The position numbers and the translations under genes were made by a program. The notes below the pieces were generated by a model. It did not search any database. It was not told where the DNA came from and was given only the letters and a program-made list of their open reading frames with translations. DNA of 64,000 nucleotides, taken from the NCBI GenBank assembly GCA_013265495.1, contig MU058198.1, forward strand, positions 5,843,779-5,907,778, read 5' to 3'. Each line of letters opens with the position of its first letter. The stretch's first letter is position 1. The stretch is from Vicugna vicugna. Its lineage: Eukaryota. Below, one piece after another: positions 62,378 to 64,000 of this stretch.

Positions 62378-63319
62378 CAGTAATATTGGTATATGTGGTG
62401 ACTGTAGTCTTCACACAGATAACCCGGTACTTGTACCCTCTTCTTTTTGATAACCACAGAGGTGGGTTGCCGGTTACCCAATCAAAGCCTCCTTCCCTCT
62501 GGCCACAGTGACTGGTCCAGGGATTTCCAAGTTACTCAGGCTGAGCCATCCTTGACCCCAGACTGGCACACAGATTGGCTTGTGATTCAGACCAAGCCAA
62601 TGCAGATAATTCCCTGGAATTTTTCGGCTGGAGTCCATGGGAACAGTTCCTTTCCACTCTGACTGCAGAGCTGGTGAGTTGGGAGTTCAGGGTTTCCAGG
62701 AGTCCAGGGTTTCTCCAGGCTGCAGAAGGAGAGAATCCCTTTCTGAGCTTTGCCCACCTGCTGCAGTGCATGCCCAACTTTGCTGAGCTTGCTTGGTTAG
62801 GTTTTCTACAACTACAACTGAAGTAGCACTGTTACTGATGGGCCCTGAGTAGTAAAATGTGTTTAGTTTCTTTTCTAGGGTATGACAGAGATTGTTAGCT
62901 TCCAGTGTCAGGTTTCGCCTTTTCCCTCCATAACAAGCCCCTGATGGGCGTTGATCCATCAGTCAGGATTCTGTCTGCATCTGTGTCTACCTCTGTGTCT
63001 CCATCCACATCTGTATCCAAATCTGTATCTGTGAGTATTAGTTCAAATACAGGATCAGCTGCGTATCCCCAAAACTCAAGTTGACAGTGGCTTAAATAAG
63101 AGAGGTTTCTCTCACATGTCGCAGTGGGGAGGGAGGTGTCCGGGGCTGAGTGGTGATCCATGAGGTCACCCAGGCACCCAGGCTCCTTCTCTTTTGCTGC
63201 TCAGCCACCCTTAGAATATTACCTTGGTCTGTATCATCCGAGAAAGCCACCACCATGTCCACTTTCCAGGGAGCAAGAGAAAGGAAGGGGCAAGAATGCA
63301 AGGTTACACTCCCTCCCCT

Positions 63320-63323
63320 TATT

Positions 63324-63354
<31 letters not shown>

Positions 63355-63446
63355 TTCATTCATTCATTTATTTATTTATTTATTTTTATTTATTTATTTA
63401 TTTATTTATTTATTATTCATTCATTCATTTATTTATTTATTTAATT

Positions 63447-63493
<47 letters not shown>

Positions 63494-63499
63494 TTTTTT
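63320..63499. repeat. (TTTA)n/(TTCA)n compound microsatellite
   Basis: About 180 nt of ATTT units with ATTC interruptions. Confidence 0.97.
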
Positions 63500-64000
63500 A
63501 GTGGTGTTAAACAACCATTTTGTCATGATCATTGATTCTGTGGGTCAGGTGTTTGGATGGGACACAGCAGGGACGGTTTGTCTCTGCTCCGTGGTGTCTG
63601 GGACCTCAGCCAGGGAGATTTGAAGGCTAGGGGGTGAGTTAAGGGCTCGAATCATCTGATGGCTTGTTTTACCTGCAGGTCTGGCACCTGGGTCAGGGTG
63701 ACTCAGACAGGACAGCCGACCAGAAAACCTACACATGACTTCTCTGTGCAGCTTGGCGTCCCCACAGCATGGCCATCTCAGAGTTCATAGATTTCTCACA
63801 TGGCAGCTCAAGACTCCCAGGGGAAATGTTCCAATCTTCTTTTATTTTTAAAAACGTAAAAGAAAATTTAAACTATAAGGCACCTCCTTATAAAGGGATG
63901 ACTCTGAAATTTCACATGGTACTTATACTCACAAAACCTGATTTTTCTTACTTATTCTATCACCCCTTTTGATCTTAAATAGTAAGGGATATCTATTTCT

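Noticed and set aside
63150..63623. Hydrophobic FIYL-repeat ORFs
   Set aside because: Translation of the (TTTA)n microsatellite.
42900..64000. IL21R coding exons expected from synteny
   Set aside because: No IL21R-like peptide sequence was recognised. The coding region probably lies beyond the window.

Overview
This is mammalian genomic DNA, very probably from a camelid, judged by the tRNA-derived SINE family and the absence of Alu. It contains the complete IL4R gene (interleukin-4 receptor alpha chain) on the + strand. The gene has a CpG-island promoter with a non-coding first exon (~6080-6191), a 19-kb first intron, nine coding exons (25554-41844; 2448 nt spliced CDS, 815 aa) and a polyadenylation signal at 42808. 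The rest is intronic or intergenic DNA rich in old L1, L2, MIR, hAT and LTR repeats and simple repeats, with one 66-nt assembly gap. No coding exon of the expected neighbour IL21R was recognised. I found no evidence of a wholly new biological system. The most notable observations are: a TSD-flanked chimeric U6 snRNA/mRNA-3'-end retrocopy in intron 1; an out-of-frame uORF that overlaps the IL4R start codon; two tandem STAT (GAS) pairs with identical spacing; an apparently missing acceptor for the soluble-receptor exon; and orphan promoter/enhancer-like and CTCF elements downstream. Comparisons to human IL4R and repeat-family names come from memory and need alignment to confirm.
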